Assembly (NCBI RefSeq): GCF_000354175.2 | Contig: NC_022349.1 | Span: forward strand, 2,790,001 to 2,822,000 | Direction of reading: 5' to 3' | Source of the DNA: Vibrio alginolyticus NBRC 15630 = ATCC 17749 | GTDB taxonomy: Bacteria; Pseudomonadota; Gammaproteobacteria; Enterobacterales; Vibrionaceae | DNA: 32,000 bases | Shown: piece by piece, positions 8,141 through 17,605 of the stretch | Position numbering within the stretch: position 1 is the stretch's first letter | Layout of the letters: every line of letters starts with the position of its first letter | The notes under the pieces: generated by a model | What the model was told of the DNA's origin: nothing | Database searches by the model: none | The model's input: the letters and a program-made list of their open reading frames with translations, nothing else | Position numbers and translations under genes: made by a program

Positions 8141-8161
8141 GTAAGTGTACTGGAGGGCTCC

Positions 8162-8797
8162 ATGGCTGTAGCTGCCAATAAACGTTCTGTGATGACTCTT
8201 TTCTCAAGTGCATCAGATTTGTATAGCCATCAGGTTCGCATTGTACTAGCTGAAAAAGGCGTAAGTGTTGAAGTTGAGCTTGTTGACGAAGCAAACCTTC
8301 CTGCTGAGCTTGTTGAGCTAAACCCATATAAATCAGTGCCAACTCTTGTTGACCGTGAGCTAGCTCTTTACGATTCAAAAATCATCATGGAGTACTTGGA
8401 CGAGCGCTTCCCTCATCCACCTCTAATGCCGGTTTACCCTGTTGCTCGTGGCAACAGCCGCTTGATGATGTACCGTATCGAACGCAACTGGTATTCACTC
8501 GCTGAAAAAGTGATGAAAGGTAATGCGGAAGAATCAGAAAAAGCACGCACAAAGCTGCGTAATGATCTTCTGACGTTAGCGCCAATTTTTGCTGAATATG
8601 AGTACTTCATGAGCGAAGAATTCAGCTTGATCGATTGTTACCTAGCTCCACTATTGTGGCGTTTGCCTCAACTTGGTATCGATCTTGTTGGCCCAGGTTC
8701 AAAAGAAATCAAGGTATACATGAACCGCGTATTTGAACGTGATTCGTTCCTTGCTTCTTTGACTGAAGCTGAACGTGAAATGCGCCTAGTTCGCTAA
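8162..8797 (+). CDS. sspA: Stringent starvation protein A (GST-like, RNA polymerase associated)
   Basis: The ORF track starts at 8129. The ATG at 8162 follows SD GGAGGG (8152-8157) and gives 211 aa starting MAVAANKRSVMTLFS, identical to the E. coli SspA N-terminus. High similarity continues throughout (PHPPLMPVYPVARG, LAPLLWRLPQLGI, RDSFLASLTEAEREMRL). Confidence 0.96.
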   Translation: MAVAANKRSVMTLFSSASDLYSHQVRIVLAEKGVSVEVELVDEANLPAELVELNPYKSVPTLVDRELALYDSKIIMEYLDERFPHPPLMPVYPVARGNSRLMMYRIERNWYSLAEKVMKGNAEESEKARTKLRNDLLTLAPIFAEYEYFMSEEFSLIDCYLAPLLWRLPQLGIDLVGPGSKEIKVYMNRVFERDSFLASLTEAEREMRLVR

Positions 8798-8814
8798 GCG
8801 ATTTAAAACACGTT

Positions 8815-9300
8815 ATGGATATTGCAAAAATGACTGCTCGCCGCCCGTATATGCTTCGCGCATTTTACGAGTGGTTAGTAGACAATGACTTGACTCCTCA
8901 CTTGGTTGTGGATGCAACAATGCCAGGGGTGCGTGTCCCGGTTGAATTTATTCAAGATGGTCAAATTATTTTGAATATTGCGCCACGTGCAGTGGGTAAT
9001 CTTGAGTTAGGTAATGATGCGATTACCTTCCATGCTCGCTTTAGCGGTCGTCCGCACTCAGTGATCGTGCCTGTGTATGCTGTTCAAGCTATTTATGCAC
9101 GTGAGAATGGTGCTGGTACTATGTTTGAACCAGAAGAAGCGTACACTCACATCGAAGAAGAAGCGATGACCGAGGAAGAATCATCCCCATCGTTCACAAC
9201 GGTTAGTGATGAGCCTTCTGAGTTAGTTTCTGATTCAGATGCCGAAGAGGACGATGCTCCTCGACCAAAAGGCAAACCAAGCTTAAGAGTGATTAAATAA
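8815..9300 (+). CDS. sspB: Stringent starvation protein B (ClpXP adaptor)
   Basis: 161 aa. The N-terminal domain is very similar to E. coli SspB (RRPY.LRAFYEWL.DN.LTPHLVVD, NIAPRAVGNLEL, IYARENGAGTMFEPE). An acidic linker follows, then the C-terminal ClpX-binding tail SLRVIK (E. coli ALRVVK). Confidence 0.95.
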   Translation: MDIAKMTARRPYMLRAFYEWLVDNDLTPHLVVDATMPGVRVPVEFIQDGQIILNIAPRAVGNLELGNDAITFHARFSGRPHSVIVPVYAVQAIYARENGAGTMFEPEEAYTHIEEEAMTEEESSPSFTTVSDEPSELVSDSDAEEDDAPRPKGKPSLRVIK

Positions 9301-9301
9301 T

Positions 9302-9328
9302 AAAAAAGCAGCGTAACGCTGCTTTTTT
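9302..9328. terminator. Bidirectional rho-independent terminator between convergent sspB and dolP
   Basis: AAAAAAGCAGCG-TAA-CGCTGCTTTTTT. The stem is flanked by an A-run and a T-run, so it reads as a terminator on both strands. Confidence 0.85.
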
Positions 9329-9371
9329 CTTTTTAACTTGTTGAAGATGATTTCAAGCCAGACTTTGGAAA

Positions 9372-10040
9372 TTACTCACTAATCGTAAAGACTTCGACGT
9401 TCTCTTCACTTTCTGTGCTTGCCTCACTTTCTATTGTTTGTACACCGTCACTCGGTAAGTCTACTTCAACAGGCTCCATTTCGCCGTATTGGAACCCTTT
9501 AATGACTTGTTTTACGCCTGAGATATTACGCGCGATTTCTGTCGCTCGATCGCCTTGCTCTGGCGTGACATAACCAAACAGAAAAACATCGCCATCTTCG
9601 GTGATCACTTTAACCTTAACACCATTAAGCTCAGAATCAGTAAGCAAAGCTGACTTTACTTTGGTTGTGATCCAGCTGTCATTGCTAATCTGGGTAACAG
9701 TGAGTGGCTCTTTTTGTTTGATTTGATTGTGTATGACTTTTACACCACTAACTTCTCGAGCCCTTCGCTCTAAAGCAAGGATAAGGTCTTGTGTCGGAGC
9801 TTGTCCCATAAGGACTACAGTCCCATTATATGAACTGGCAACGACACGAACTTCACCTTTAAACGGTGCTTTATTGCCGATCGCCGCAACTTCGAATTCG
9901 ATGTTATTGTCCTGCCAGATTTGTTTTGTCGTGCGTGTGTCCGTGACAATATTCGCTGTGGTTGCTGCACCTGCGATAAACAAACCTGCGCAACCACTTA
10001 AACTCAATGCTGTTAATAAGATAACGAGGCTACGTAGCAT
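9372..10040 (-). CDS. dolP: Outer-membrane lipoprotein DolP (YraP) with two BON domains and an acidic C-terminal extension
   Basis: 222 aa. Lipobox LSLSGC is present. Similarity to E. coli YraP/DolP is visible (NDSWITTKVKS.LL, NGVKVKV.TE.G.VFL.G.V, ISGVK.V). It is the last gene of the lpoA-yraN-diaA-dolP operon, as in E. coli. Confidence 0.85.
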   Translation of the reverse strand: MLRSLVILLTALSLSGCAGLFIAGAATTANIVTDTRTTKQIWQDNNIEFEVAAIGNKAPFKGEVRVVASSYNGTVVLMGQAPTQDLILALERRAREVSGVKVIHNQIKQKEPLTVTQISNDSWITTKVKSALLTDSELNGVKVKVITEDGDVFLFGYVTPEQGDRATEIARNISGVKQVIKGFQYGEMEPVEVDLPSDGVQTIESEASTESEENVEVFTISE

Positions 10041-10061
10041 AATTCTGATTCTCAGTCTTGG

Positions 10062-10655
<594 letters not shown>

Positions 10656-11024
10656 TTATCCTTCAGAGATTGCGTTTTCTATCCAGTTGATATCTCGCCC
10701 ATTATCATGAATGGCGATGACATCAAATCGATAATCGATATTGTGTTTTAAGCGCTTTTGTTGGCTAAGCCAAACTTGTGCGGTTTTGACTAGCTTGCGC
10801 ATTTTAGCGTGCGTCACCATTTCTGCTGCCGAGCCAAAGTGATTGTTCTTACGGTATTTGACTTCAACAAACACAATAGTTTCACCTTGTTGGAAGATTA
10901 AATCAATCTCACCGACCTTAGTCAGAAAATTTTGTTCAATAAAGTTTAAGCCCTGGCGTTGTAAATACTGCTTCGCCAGAGCTTCATATTGATTTCCGAT
11001 TTGGCGCTTACTAAAGAGCCCCAC
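10656..11024 (-). CDS. yraN: UPF0102 protein YraN (predicted endonuclease fold)
   Basis: 122 aa. The YraN-family pattern is present (G...E..A..YL...G...........GEIDLI.......VFVEVK.R......AAE.V...K). It lies between lpoA and diaA. Its start overlaps the lpoA 3' end by 14 nt. Confidence 0.85.
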   Translation of the reverse strand: MGLFSKRQIGNQYEALAKQYLQRQGLNFIEQNFLTKVGEIDLIFQQGETIVFVEVKYRKNNHFGSAAEMVTHAKMRKLVKTAQVWLSQQKRLKHNIDYRFDVIAIHDNGRDINWIENAISEG

Positions 11025-12822
11025 GCTCAGCCCAGCTTAGCTCACGCTGTACAACACAATTATTGTCGATACTTAAAATACCGGTTTGGCCGCCAACTGA
11101 GTAGCCCGGAACGACCTTCATTTGTGGCAGCTCCCCAATCAATTTATACGCATCCATACCCAGTGCTTTCAAACGTTTTTCCATGTTAGATTGCTCTGAC
11201 CACAACTCGTTCATTTCAGCGGTCACGCTAGGGTCTGGGTCAATCAGCAATGGAATATCGCTGTAGATGATGCCTGTTAGATCTTCGTAAGTCGCGCCGC
11301 CACTGTTGCTACGCGAGCTAGAGAAAATTTGTGGCGCTTTGGCGTCTGGATTAATCGCTACCTCAATAAACGGCTTAATCAAGGTCAGTTCCGTGCTTCT
11401 AGCAACAATATAAACCGCATCGACATCACGACGGCTACGTGGCTGTGTTTCAAGCTTGATACGCATTAGTGATTGCATCTGAGCAATACGTTGTTTGCTT
11501 TCTTGTAGGCCAAATACTTCATTGATGTCTTTTTGAAGTTGGCGCTTGTCACCAAAATAACTTGCTGCGACTTTATTAGAGCTGTACTTGCGCCACTCTT
11601 TGTTGAACGCTTCAGTTACACGTTCACCAAAGCTGCCCTTTGGTGCCAGAATCAGAGGGAAGTTATAGCCTTCGCTGAACAAGTGTTTCGCTGCTTGTGC
11701 GGCTTCTTGTTCCGGTGATAATGCCAAGTAGCAAATATTGCTATCTGGTTGCACATCTTCGGGAATATTTAGCGCAAGGGCTGGAATCGTAGGACCATTT
11801 TCTGAGCCATCCATGGTTGTGTGCAATAGCTCAACGTTCTCTTTTTCTAGAGGACCAACAACAAAATCGATGTTTTCATTGATCAAACGTTGTTTAATTT
11901 GGTCGGCGTTATACGCATTAGTGTCTATTACCGTGAGGGTAGCGCTTGGATCACGGTTACGATCATTCATCATCGCAAACACAAAACCATCACGAATTAA
12001 TTGCGCTTGTGGCGAGAACTTACCAGTAAGCGGCAGTAACAAAGCGGTGTTGTTTGGTTTAACAATGTCTAGAGAGAGAATGTTTTGAATCTCTTCTGGT
12101 GTGTAGATAGCGGCTGGGTGCGATGGGTTCTCGTTTAACCAGCGTTCTAGGGTATTTTTTAGTTGGGATAAGTTGCCCGACAGCGTTTTCGCATAAATAG
12201 CGAGTTGTAGCCAACCATCCAAAACATCTTCATTTGGCTCTGTTTCTAATGAGGTCAGTTCGTACTCGGAGTAGCTGCCAAAGTTCATCCAAATACGGCT
12301 AGAAATCTCTCTCTGCTCCGCGGACGATGCATATTGACCAAATGCAACCAGTTGGCGGTTTGCCTCAAACGCTTGGTTAAGACCTTGATAAGCGTCGGCA
12401 CGCATCAAGTAATAGTCTTTCCATTGCTCATTTGGCAACTTCCACCAAGGTTTAAAATTCAACAATTGCAGCAACTGAGAGTAATTACCCTGTTTTTGCT
12501 GTATGGTCGCACGCGCTAGTTGCCACTCTGCTTGCTGAACTTCGGTTAACTGTTGACGAGCCAGGCGCTTGATCAACATTTCTGCTTGATCAAACTGGTT
12601 TGCTTGAATCGCGGCTTTGGTTGCCATGATCAACCAGTCATTTTGTAAACTGCCTTCCGTGCTATCAGCTTGGATCATATAGTTCTGAACAGACTGAGTA
12701 GGCTCAAGTGTTACATCAACGCCATCAGGCTGTCTTGGACCTGAAGAACAGGCGGCGAGCGTAATTGCTAGTGCAACAGGAGTAAGTATGCGTGGTACAC
12801 TGAGTCTCTTATGGTTAATCAT
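11011..12822 (-). CDS. lpoA: Penicillin-binding protein 1A activator LpoA (outer-membrane lipoprotein)
   Basis: 603 aa. Lipobox LAACSS is present. The N-terminal half is TPR-like and helical, and the C-terminal half resembles a periplasmic-binding-protein fold. It is divergent from rsmI and upstream of yraN, as in E. coli yraM. Confidence 0.88.
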   Translation of the reverse strand: MINHKRLSVPRILTPVALAITLAACSSGPRQPDGVDVTLEPTQSVQNYMIQADSTEGSLQNDWLIMATKAAIQANQFDQAEMLIKRLARQQLTEVQQAEWQLARATIQQKQGNYSQLLQLLNFKPWWKLPNEQWKDYYLMRADAYQGLNQAFEANRQLVAFGQYASSAEQREISSRIWMNFGSYSEYELTSLETEPNEDVLDGWLQLAIYAKTLSGNLSQLKNTLERWLNENPSHPAAIYTPEEIQNILSLDIVKPNNTALLLPLTGKFSPQAQLIRDGFVFAMMNDRNRDPSATLTVIDTNAYNADQIKQRLINENIDFVVGPLEKENVELLHTTMDGSENGPTIPALALNIPEDVQPDSNICYLALSPEQEAAQAAKHLFSEGYNFPLILAPKGSFGERVTEAFNKEWRKYSSNKVAASYFGDKRQLQKDINEVFGLQESKQRIAQMQSLMRIKLETQPRSRRDVDAVYIVARSTELTLIKPFIEVAINPDAKAPQIFSSSRSNSGGATYEDLTGIIYSDIPLLIDPDPSVTAEMNELWSEQSNMEKRLKALGMDAYKLIGELPQMKVVPGYSVGGQTGILSIDNNCVVQRELSWAERGAL

Positions 12823-12842
12823 TGCCGTGAGTTCTCTATAAT
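12814..12842 (+). promoter_or_regulatory. Candidate rsmI promoter
   Basis: Perfect -10 TATAAT at 12837-12842, with a weak -35 (GTTAAT/TTAATC, 12814-12820). The predicted leader is about 45 nt. Confidence 0.3.
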
Positions 12843-12864
12843 TTTGTACAAAATTGTCTCTATA
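12833..12864. repeat. Perfect 14-bp palindrome flanked by two direct 8-mers in the lpoA/rsmI divergent promoter region
   Basis: TCTCTATA (12833-12840), ATTTTGTACAAAAT (12841-12854, perfect palindrome), TG, TCTCTATA (12857-12864). Read directly from the sequence; function unknown. Confidence 0.9.
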
Positions 12865-12890
12865 TTAATCGTTGAAGTGATGGTAAACAA
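12862..12890 (-). promoter_or_regulatory. Candidate lpoA operon promoter
   Basis: The minus strand reads TTGTTT (12890-12885), 17-nt spacer, TAATAT (12867-12862). The predicted TSS is about 30 nt upstream of the lpoA ATG. Confidence 0.3.
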
Positions 12891-13754
12891 ATGACAGATA
12901 AAAATAAGTTGCCGAATGAGGGGCCAACTCTCTATATCGTACCGACTCCAATCGGAAATTTAGCGGATATCACCCAACGTGCTATCGAAATTCTGTCGAC
13001 TGTGGACATCATTGCCGCTGAGGATACTCGACATACGGGGAAATTACTGTCTCACTTCAATATTCAAACCAAAACTTTTGCTCTACATGACCACAATGAG
13101 CAGCAAAAAGCACAAGTTTTGGTAGAAAAGCTGCTTTCCGGTCAGTCTATCGCATTAGTTTCTGACGCTGGTACGCCACTTATCAGCGACCCAGGATACC
13201 ATTTGGTGACAAAATGTCGTCAAGCGGGCGTTAGAGTTGTGCCTCTTCCAGGTGCCTGTGCGGTCATTACGGCGTTAAGTGCCTCTGGCTTGCCATCGGA
13301 TCGCTTTAGCTTCGAAGGTTTTTTACCACCGAAAAGCAAAGGTCGTAAGGATAAATTCCTAGAGATTGCTTCGGTAGAGCGTACGTGTATTTTTTACGAG
13401 TCACCGCACCGTATTTTAGACTCTCTACAAGACATGTTAGACGTTCTTGGCCCAGATAGAGAAGTTGTGTTGGCAAGAGAGCTAACAAAAACCTTTGAAA
13501 CCATTCAAGGCATGCCGTTAGGTGAGCTGATTGAATGGGTGAAAAGTGACGATAACCAACAGCGTGGTGAAATGGTATTGTTGGTACATGGCCATCGTGA
13601 AACAACAGACGACTCACTACCTGAAGATGCTTTACGCACGTTAGGGATTTTGACCAAAGAGCTGCCTTTAAAAAAAGCAGCTGCTTTGGTGGCAGAAATA
13701 CATAACTTGAAGAAGAATGCGCTATATAAATGGGGCTTAGAAAACTTAGACTAA
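12891..13754 (+). CDS. rsmI: 16S rRNA (cytidine1402-2'-O)-methyltransferase RsmI (YraL)
   Basis: 287 aa. It aligns closely with E. coli RsmI ([88 protein letters not shown]). Confidence 0.93.
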   Translation: MTDKNKLPNEGPTLYIVPTPIGNLADITQRAIEILSTVDIIAAEDTRHTGKLLSHFNIQTKTFALHDHNEQQKAQVLVEKLLSGQSIALVSDAGTPLISDPGYHLVTKCRQAGVRVVPLPGACAVITALSASGLPSDRFSFEGFLPPKSKGRKDKFLEIASVERTCIFYESPHRILDSLQDMLDVLGPDREVVLARELTKTFETIQGMPLGELIEWVKSDDNQQRGEMVLLVHGHRETTDDSLPEDALRTLGILTKELPLKKAAALVAEIHNLKKNALYKWGLENLD

Positions 13755-13784
13755 GTGCCGCTAGCGAGATAAATGGTCAATGAG

Positions 13785-13811
13785 GGTTGATGTTTAGGCA
13801 TCGGCCTTTTT
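13785..13811 (+). terminator. Probable rho-independent terminator after rsmI
   Basis: Stem GGTTGATG/CATCGGCC (two G-U pairs) with loop TTTAGG, followed by TTTTTATT. Confidence 0.5.
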
Positions 13812-13885
13812 ATTAATCTATTTTTGGCACGTTGACTAAAAAGTCATCACTTAGTGCATTCATTTCATCATATCTGTGATCTAAC

Positions 13886-13914
13886 TAGACTCTGAAGTGA
13901 GAACTCTATACAAT
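13886..13914 (+). promoter_or_regulatory. Candidate rnpB promoter
   Basis: TAGACT (13886-13891), 17-nt spacer, TACAAT (13909-13914). The GC-rich discriminator CCGCCCTC follows. The predicted TSS coincides with the homology-inferred mature 5' end near 13923. Confidence 0.5.
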
Positions 13915-13922
13915 CCGCCCTC

Positions 13923-14304
<382 letters not shown>

Positions 14305-14311
14305 ATTCGAG

Positions 14312-14344
14312 ACCCATCTCTACTTCGGTAGTGATGGGTTTTTT
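14312..14344 (+). terminator. Rho-independent terminator of rnpB
   Basis: Long stem ACCCATC(T)CTAC-TTCG-GTAG(T)GATGGGT with a UUCG tetraloop, followed by TTTTTT (14339-14344). Confidence 0.88.
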
Positions 14345-14382
14345 GCATTTAATTGACGCAAACTATGTCATTACCAATAAAC

Positions 14383-14411
14383 TTGGCGTAAATCACGTCT
14401 AACTTTAGACT
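14383..14411 (+). promoter_or_regulatory. Candidate promoter for rsmH and the dcw cluster
   Basis: TTGGCG (14383-14388), 17-nt spacer, TAGACT (14406-14411). It is the best sigma-70-like match in the 135 nt between the rnpB terminator and rsmH. Confidence 0.3.
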
Positions 14412-14479
14412 TGTGGTGGCGATGATGTAGGAAATCAGTACACTAAAGAATCGCTTCAAGATCATTCAACGAGAAAGCT

Positions 14480-15430
14480 ATGACCGAAACCTTCCAACAT
14501 ATTTCCGTGTTATTAAATGAATCCATTGATGGCTTAGCTATCAAACCAGACGGCGTCTATATTGATGGAACATTTGGCCGTGGCGGTCACAGCCGGACAA
14601 TTCTATCTAAACTCGGTGAAAATGGCCGACTGTACAGTATCGACCGTGACCCTCAAGCGATCGCTGAGGCAGGCAAAATCAATGACCCTCGCTTCACCAT
14701 TATTCATGGTCCATTTTCTGGTATTGCTGAGTATGCTGAAGAGTATGGACTAGTTGGAAAAGTAGATGGTGTTCTGCTGGATTTAGGCGTTTCTTCTCCT
14801 CAGTTAGACGACGCAGAGCGTGGCTTTAGCTTTATGAAAGACGGTCCGCTAGATATGCGTATGGACCCGACATCAGGTGTTCCAGTATCTCAATGGTTGA
14901 TGGAAGCAGACCTCGATGATATCACTTGGGTCATTCGCGAGTTTGGGGAAGATAAACATGCGCGCCGTATTGCAAAAGCGATTGTTGCCTACCGTGAAGA
15001 CGAAGAAAATGAGCCAATGGTTCGCACTGGTCAGCTGGCAAAATTGATTTCAGATGCCGCACCGAAAAGTTTTAAAGAGAAAAAACACCCTGCGACTCGT
15101 GCTTTCCAGGCTTTTCGTATTTACATCAACAGTGAGTTAGAAGAAATTGATACGGCACTTAAAGGCGCGGCGAGCATTCTGGCTCCTGAAGGCCGTTTAT
15201 CTGTGATTAGCTTCCACTCTCTGGAAGACCGTATGGTCAAACGTTTTATCCGTAAAGAGAGCAAAGGGCCTGAAGTGCCACACGGTATTCCAATGACGGA
15301 AGAGCAAATTCGTGCTCTTGGTAGTGCGAATATGAAAGCGGTGAGCAAAGCGATTAAGCCAAGCAAACAAGAAATTGAAATGAACCCTCGCTCGCGCAGC
15401 TCTGTGTTAAGAATTGCGGAAAAGCTTTAA
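14480..15430 (+). CDS. rsmH: 16S rRNA (cytosine1402-N4)-methyltransferase RsmH (MraW)
   Basis: 316 aa. It aligns closely with E. coli RsmH (H..VLL.E...[110 protein letters not shown]). Confidence 0.95.
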   Translation: MTETFQHISVLLNESIDGLAIKPDGVYIDGTFGRGGHSRTILSKLGENGRLYSIDRDPQAIAEAGKINDPRFTIIHGPFSGIAEYAEEYGLVGKVDGVLLDLGVSSPQLDDAERGFSFMKDGPLDMRMDPTSGVPVSQWLMEADLDDITWVIREFGEDKHARRIAKAIVAYREDEENEPMVRTGQLAKLISDAAPKSFKEKKHPATRAFQAFRIYINSELEEIDTALKGAASILAPEGRLSVISFHSLEDRMVKRFIRKESKGPEVPHGIPMTEEQIRALGSANMKAVSKAIKPSKQEIEMNPRSRSSVLRIAEKL

Positions 15431-15435
15431 TTATT

Positions 15436-15753
15436 ATGACGAAATCCACTCCTAATCTTGCTAAGTTGATTGCAACAGATCTCCTCACTGTTGGTCGCTG
15501 GCCATTACTGTTGTTGCTATTGATCGTGGCATCGGCAATGGGAGTGGTATTTGCTACCCACCATGCGCGTCAAGCGATCACCGAAAAAGACCATACGTTG
15601 GTTGAACGAGAACGATTAGATAGCGAATGGCGTAACTTAATGTTGGAAGAAACTGCCCTCGCGGAACACAGTCGTGTTCATGACCTTGCCAAAAAAGAAC
15701 TTGAAATGAAACGACCTGATGGCGATAAAGAAGTGGTTGTCACGCTCAAATGA
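15436..15753 (+). CDS. ftsL: Cell division protein FtsL
   Basis: 105 aa bitopic protein with a TM segment (WPLLLLLLIVASAMGVVFATH) followed by a coiled coil (LDSEWRNLMLEETALAEHSRV). It lies between rsmH and ftsI and has an ATGA overlap with ftsI. Confidence 0.88.
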   Translation: MTKSTPNLAKLIATDLLTVGRWPLLLLLLIVASAMGVVFATHHARQAITEKDHTLVERERLDSEWRNLMLEETALAEHSRVHDLAKKELEMKRPDGDKEVVVTLK

Positions 15754-17543
15754 TTAGAAAAAAATCCAACACGAAACAAGCCAATAAGCGTAAACCTGTA
15801 GCAAAAGAGAAAGCGGCTACGGGGGATAAGAAAAACGATAACAAAGCAGTGAAAGTGGCGGTCGAAGAATCTTTCTTGATTCGTTGGCGCTTCCATCTAT
15901 TACTGTTTTTTGTTTTTTGTGCATTTGCCCTTTTGGTGGCACGCGTAGCCTACATCCAAATCATTGAGCCAGATAACCTGATTAAACAAGGTGACCTACG
16001 TTCGGTTCGTGTTAAATCCATTCCTTCTGCTCGCGGTATTATTTCGGATCGAAATGGTGAGCCGCTTGCTGTCAGTGTACCGGTTGAGGCTGTTTGGGCA
16101 GATCCTGCCACGATTTTTAAAGAAAACGCGTTAAGCCAGACCAAAAGTTGGCATGCATTAGCGGATGTTCTTGGTATTGACCGACAAGGGTTAATAGACA
16201 AAATCAAGCGCAATGAAAAACGCCGCTTTATCTACTTGCAGCGCCAGGTCAGTCCGGCCATGGCGAACTATATTCGTGAGCTAAAGCTGCCAGGTGTTGG
16301 CCTTAAGTCGGAATCTCGTCGTTATTATCCTGCAGGTGAGGTTAGTGCTCACTTAGTCGGTGTGACAGGCATTGACGGGCATGGCCTAGAAGGTGTGGAG
16401 CGTAGCTACGATGAGTGGCTCACTGGCGCGGCGGGTAAGAAAACTATTCGTAAAGACCGTTATGGTCGTGTTGTGGAAAACATTGCTTGGCAAGACAAGC
16501 AAGAAGGTAAATCACTTCAGTTAACCATCGATCAGCGCCTACAGGCGATTGCGTATCGTGCGATTAAGCAAGCCGTTGCGGACCACCGCGCCACTTCAGG
16601 TTCTGTTGTCATGTTGGATGTAAAAACGGGCGCCGTATTGGCCATGGTTAATGCTCCTTCTTACAACCCTAACAATCGTAGCGATTGGCAAAGCTATCAA
16701 ATGCGTAACCGAGTGATCACGGACTCAATGGAGCCCGGTTCGACCATTAAGCCTTTCGTTATTTTAGCCGCCTTAGAAAATGGGATAGCGGATAAAGATA
16801 CCATCGTAGATACCGGTAATGGTGTTCTACGTTTAGGTGGTAGTCGAGTCAGAGATGTCTCTCGCGTAGGTAAAGCGAGCTTGACCACGATCCTTAAAAA
16901 GTCGAGTAATATCGGTGTGACGAAGCTAGCAATGCAAATGCTGGTAGAGGCGCTTCTTGGGCTGTACAGTTCAGTGGGTTTTGGTGAGCTTTCTGGCCTA
17001 AACCTAGTTGGGGAAGTGACGGGTATTTTTCCTACACGAACTCGTTGGTCGCCAATTGAGCGCGCCACGATTGCGTTTGGTTATGGTCTATCAATTACAC
17101 CAATCCAGCTAGCCCATGCTTATGCGACGCTTGGAAACCTTGGCAAATACGAGCCTATTCATATTATCGAAAGCAATGATCATGACATGTCACGCCAAGT
17201 GGTGAGTGCGAAGTATGCGCGTCAAGTATTAGACATGTTGGAAACCGTAACTCAAAAAGGGGGCTCGGCTCGCAGAGCGGCAGTTCCTGGTTATCGAGTA
17301 GGAGCGAAAACGGGTACATCACGTAAAGCTTCTGCCGGTGGGTACAGCGACGAGTACATCACCTACACGGCTGGGCTTGCTCCGGTTAGCGATCCGCGAA
17401 TTGCTTTAGTAGTGATCGTAAACGAGCCTCAAGGCGATGACTACTATGGTGGTTCGGTAGCGTCTCCTGTCTTCTCTGAAATCATGAAAGGCGCGCTACA
17501 AATACTCAATGTTGCACCTGACGAAAACAAATTCCAACAGTAA
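15750..17543 (+). CDS. ftsI: Peptidoglycan D,D-transpeptidase FtsI (PBP3)
   Basis: 597 aa. An N-terminal Lys-rich cytoplasmic tail and a TM segment are present. Class B PBP active-site motifs are present: STIK (EPGSTIKP), SSN (KSSNIG) and KTG (AKTGT). Confidence 0.95.
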   Translation: MIRKKSNTKQANKRKPVAKEKAATGDKKNDNKAVKVAVEESFLIRWRFHLLLFFVFCAFALLVARVAYIQIIEPDNLIKQGDLRSVRVKSIPSARGIISDRNGEPLAVSVPVEAVWADPATIFKENALSQTKSWHALADVLGIDRQGLIDKIKRNEKRRFIYLQRQVSPAMANYIRELKLPGVGLKSESRRYYPAGEVSAHLVGVTGIDGHGLEGVERSYDEWLTGAAGKKTIRKDRYGRVVENIAWQDKQEGKSLQLTIDQRLQAIAYRAIKQAVADHRATSGSVVMLDVKTGAVLAMVNAPSYNPNNRSDWQSYQMRNRVITDSMEPGSTIKPFVILAALENGIADKDTIVDTGNGVLRLGGSRVRDVSRVGKASLTTILKKSSNIGVTKLAMQMLVEALLGLYSSVGFGELSGLNLVGEVTGIFPTRTRWSPIERATIAFGYGLSITPIQLAHAYATLGNLGKYEPIHIIESNDHDMSRQVVSAKYARQVLDMLETVTQKGGSARRAAVPGYRVGAKTGTSRKASAGGYSDEYITYTAGLAPVSDPRIALVVIVNEPQGDDYYGGSVASPVFSEIMKGALQILNVAPDENKFQQ

Positions 17544-17605
17544 GCCCTGTGGTTTACTGAGCAAACAAAATTAAGAAAACCTGAGCCAAAGCTCGGAGAA
17601 CAAAT

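Noticed and set aside
13825-13840. TGGCAC, which resembles the -24 element of a sigma-54 promoter, upstream of rnpB.
   Set aside because: The required -12 element, TTGC(A/T) after 5 nt, is absent (the sequence is CTAA). Stable RNA genes are not sigma-54 targets.
14409-14483. A start-less 24-codon frame, [24 protein letters not shown]-stop. Its TGA overlaps the rsmH ATG (ATGA). ESLQD faintly resembles the E. coli MraZ C-terminus (...SERLQDLSL, from memory), suggesting a possible relic of a deleted mraZ.
   Set aside because: A match of only 4 out of 5 residues in a 24-codon frame bounded upstream by TAG is within chance expectation. It cannot be distinguished from noise without alignment to relatives.
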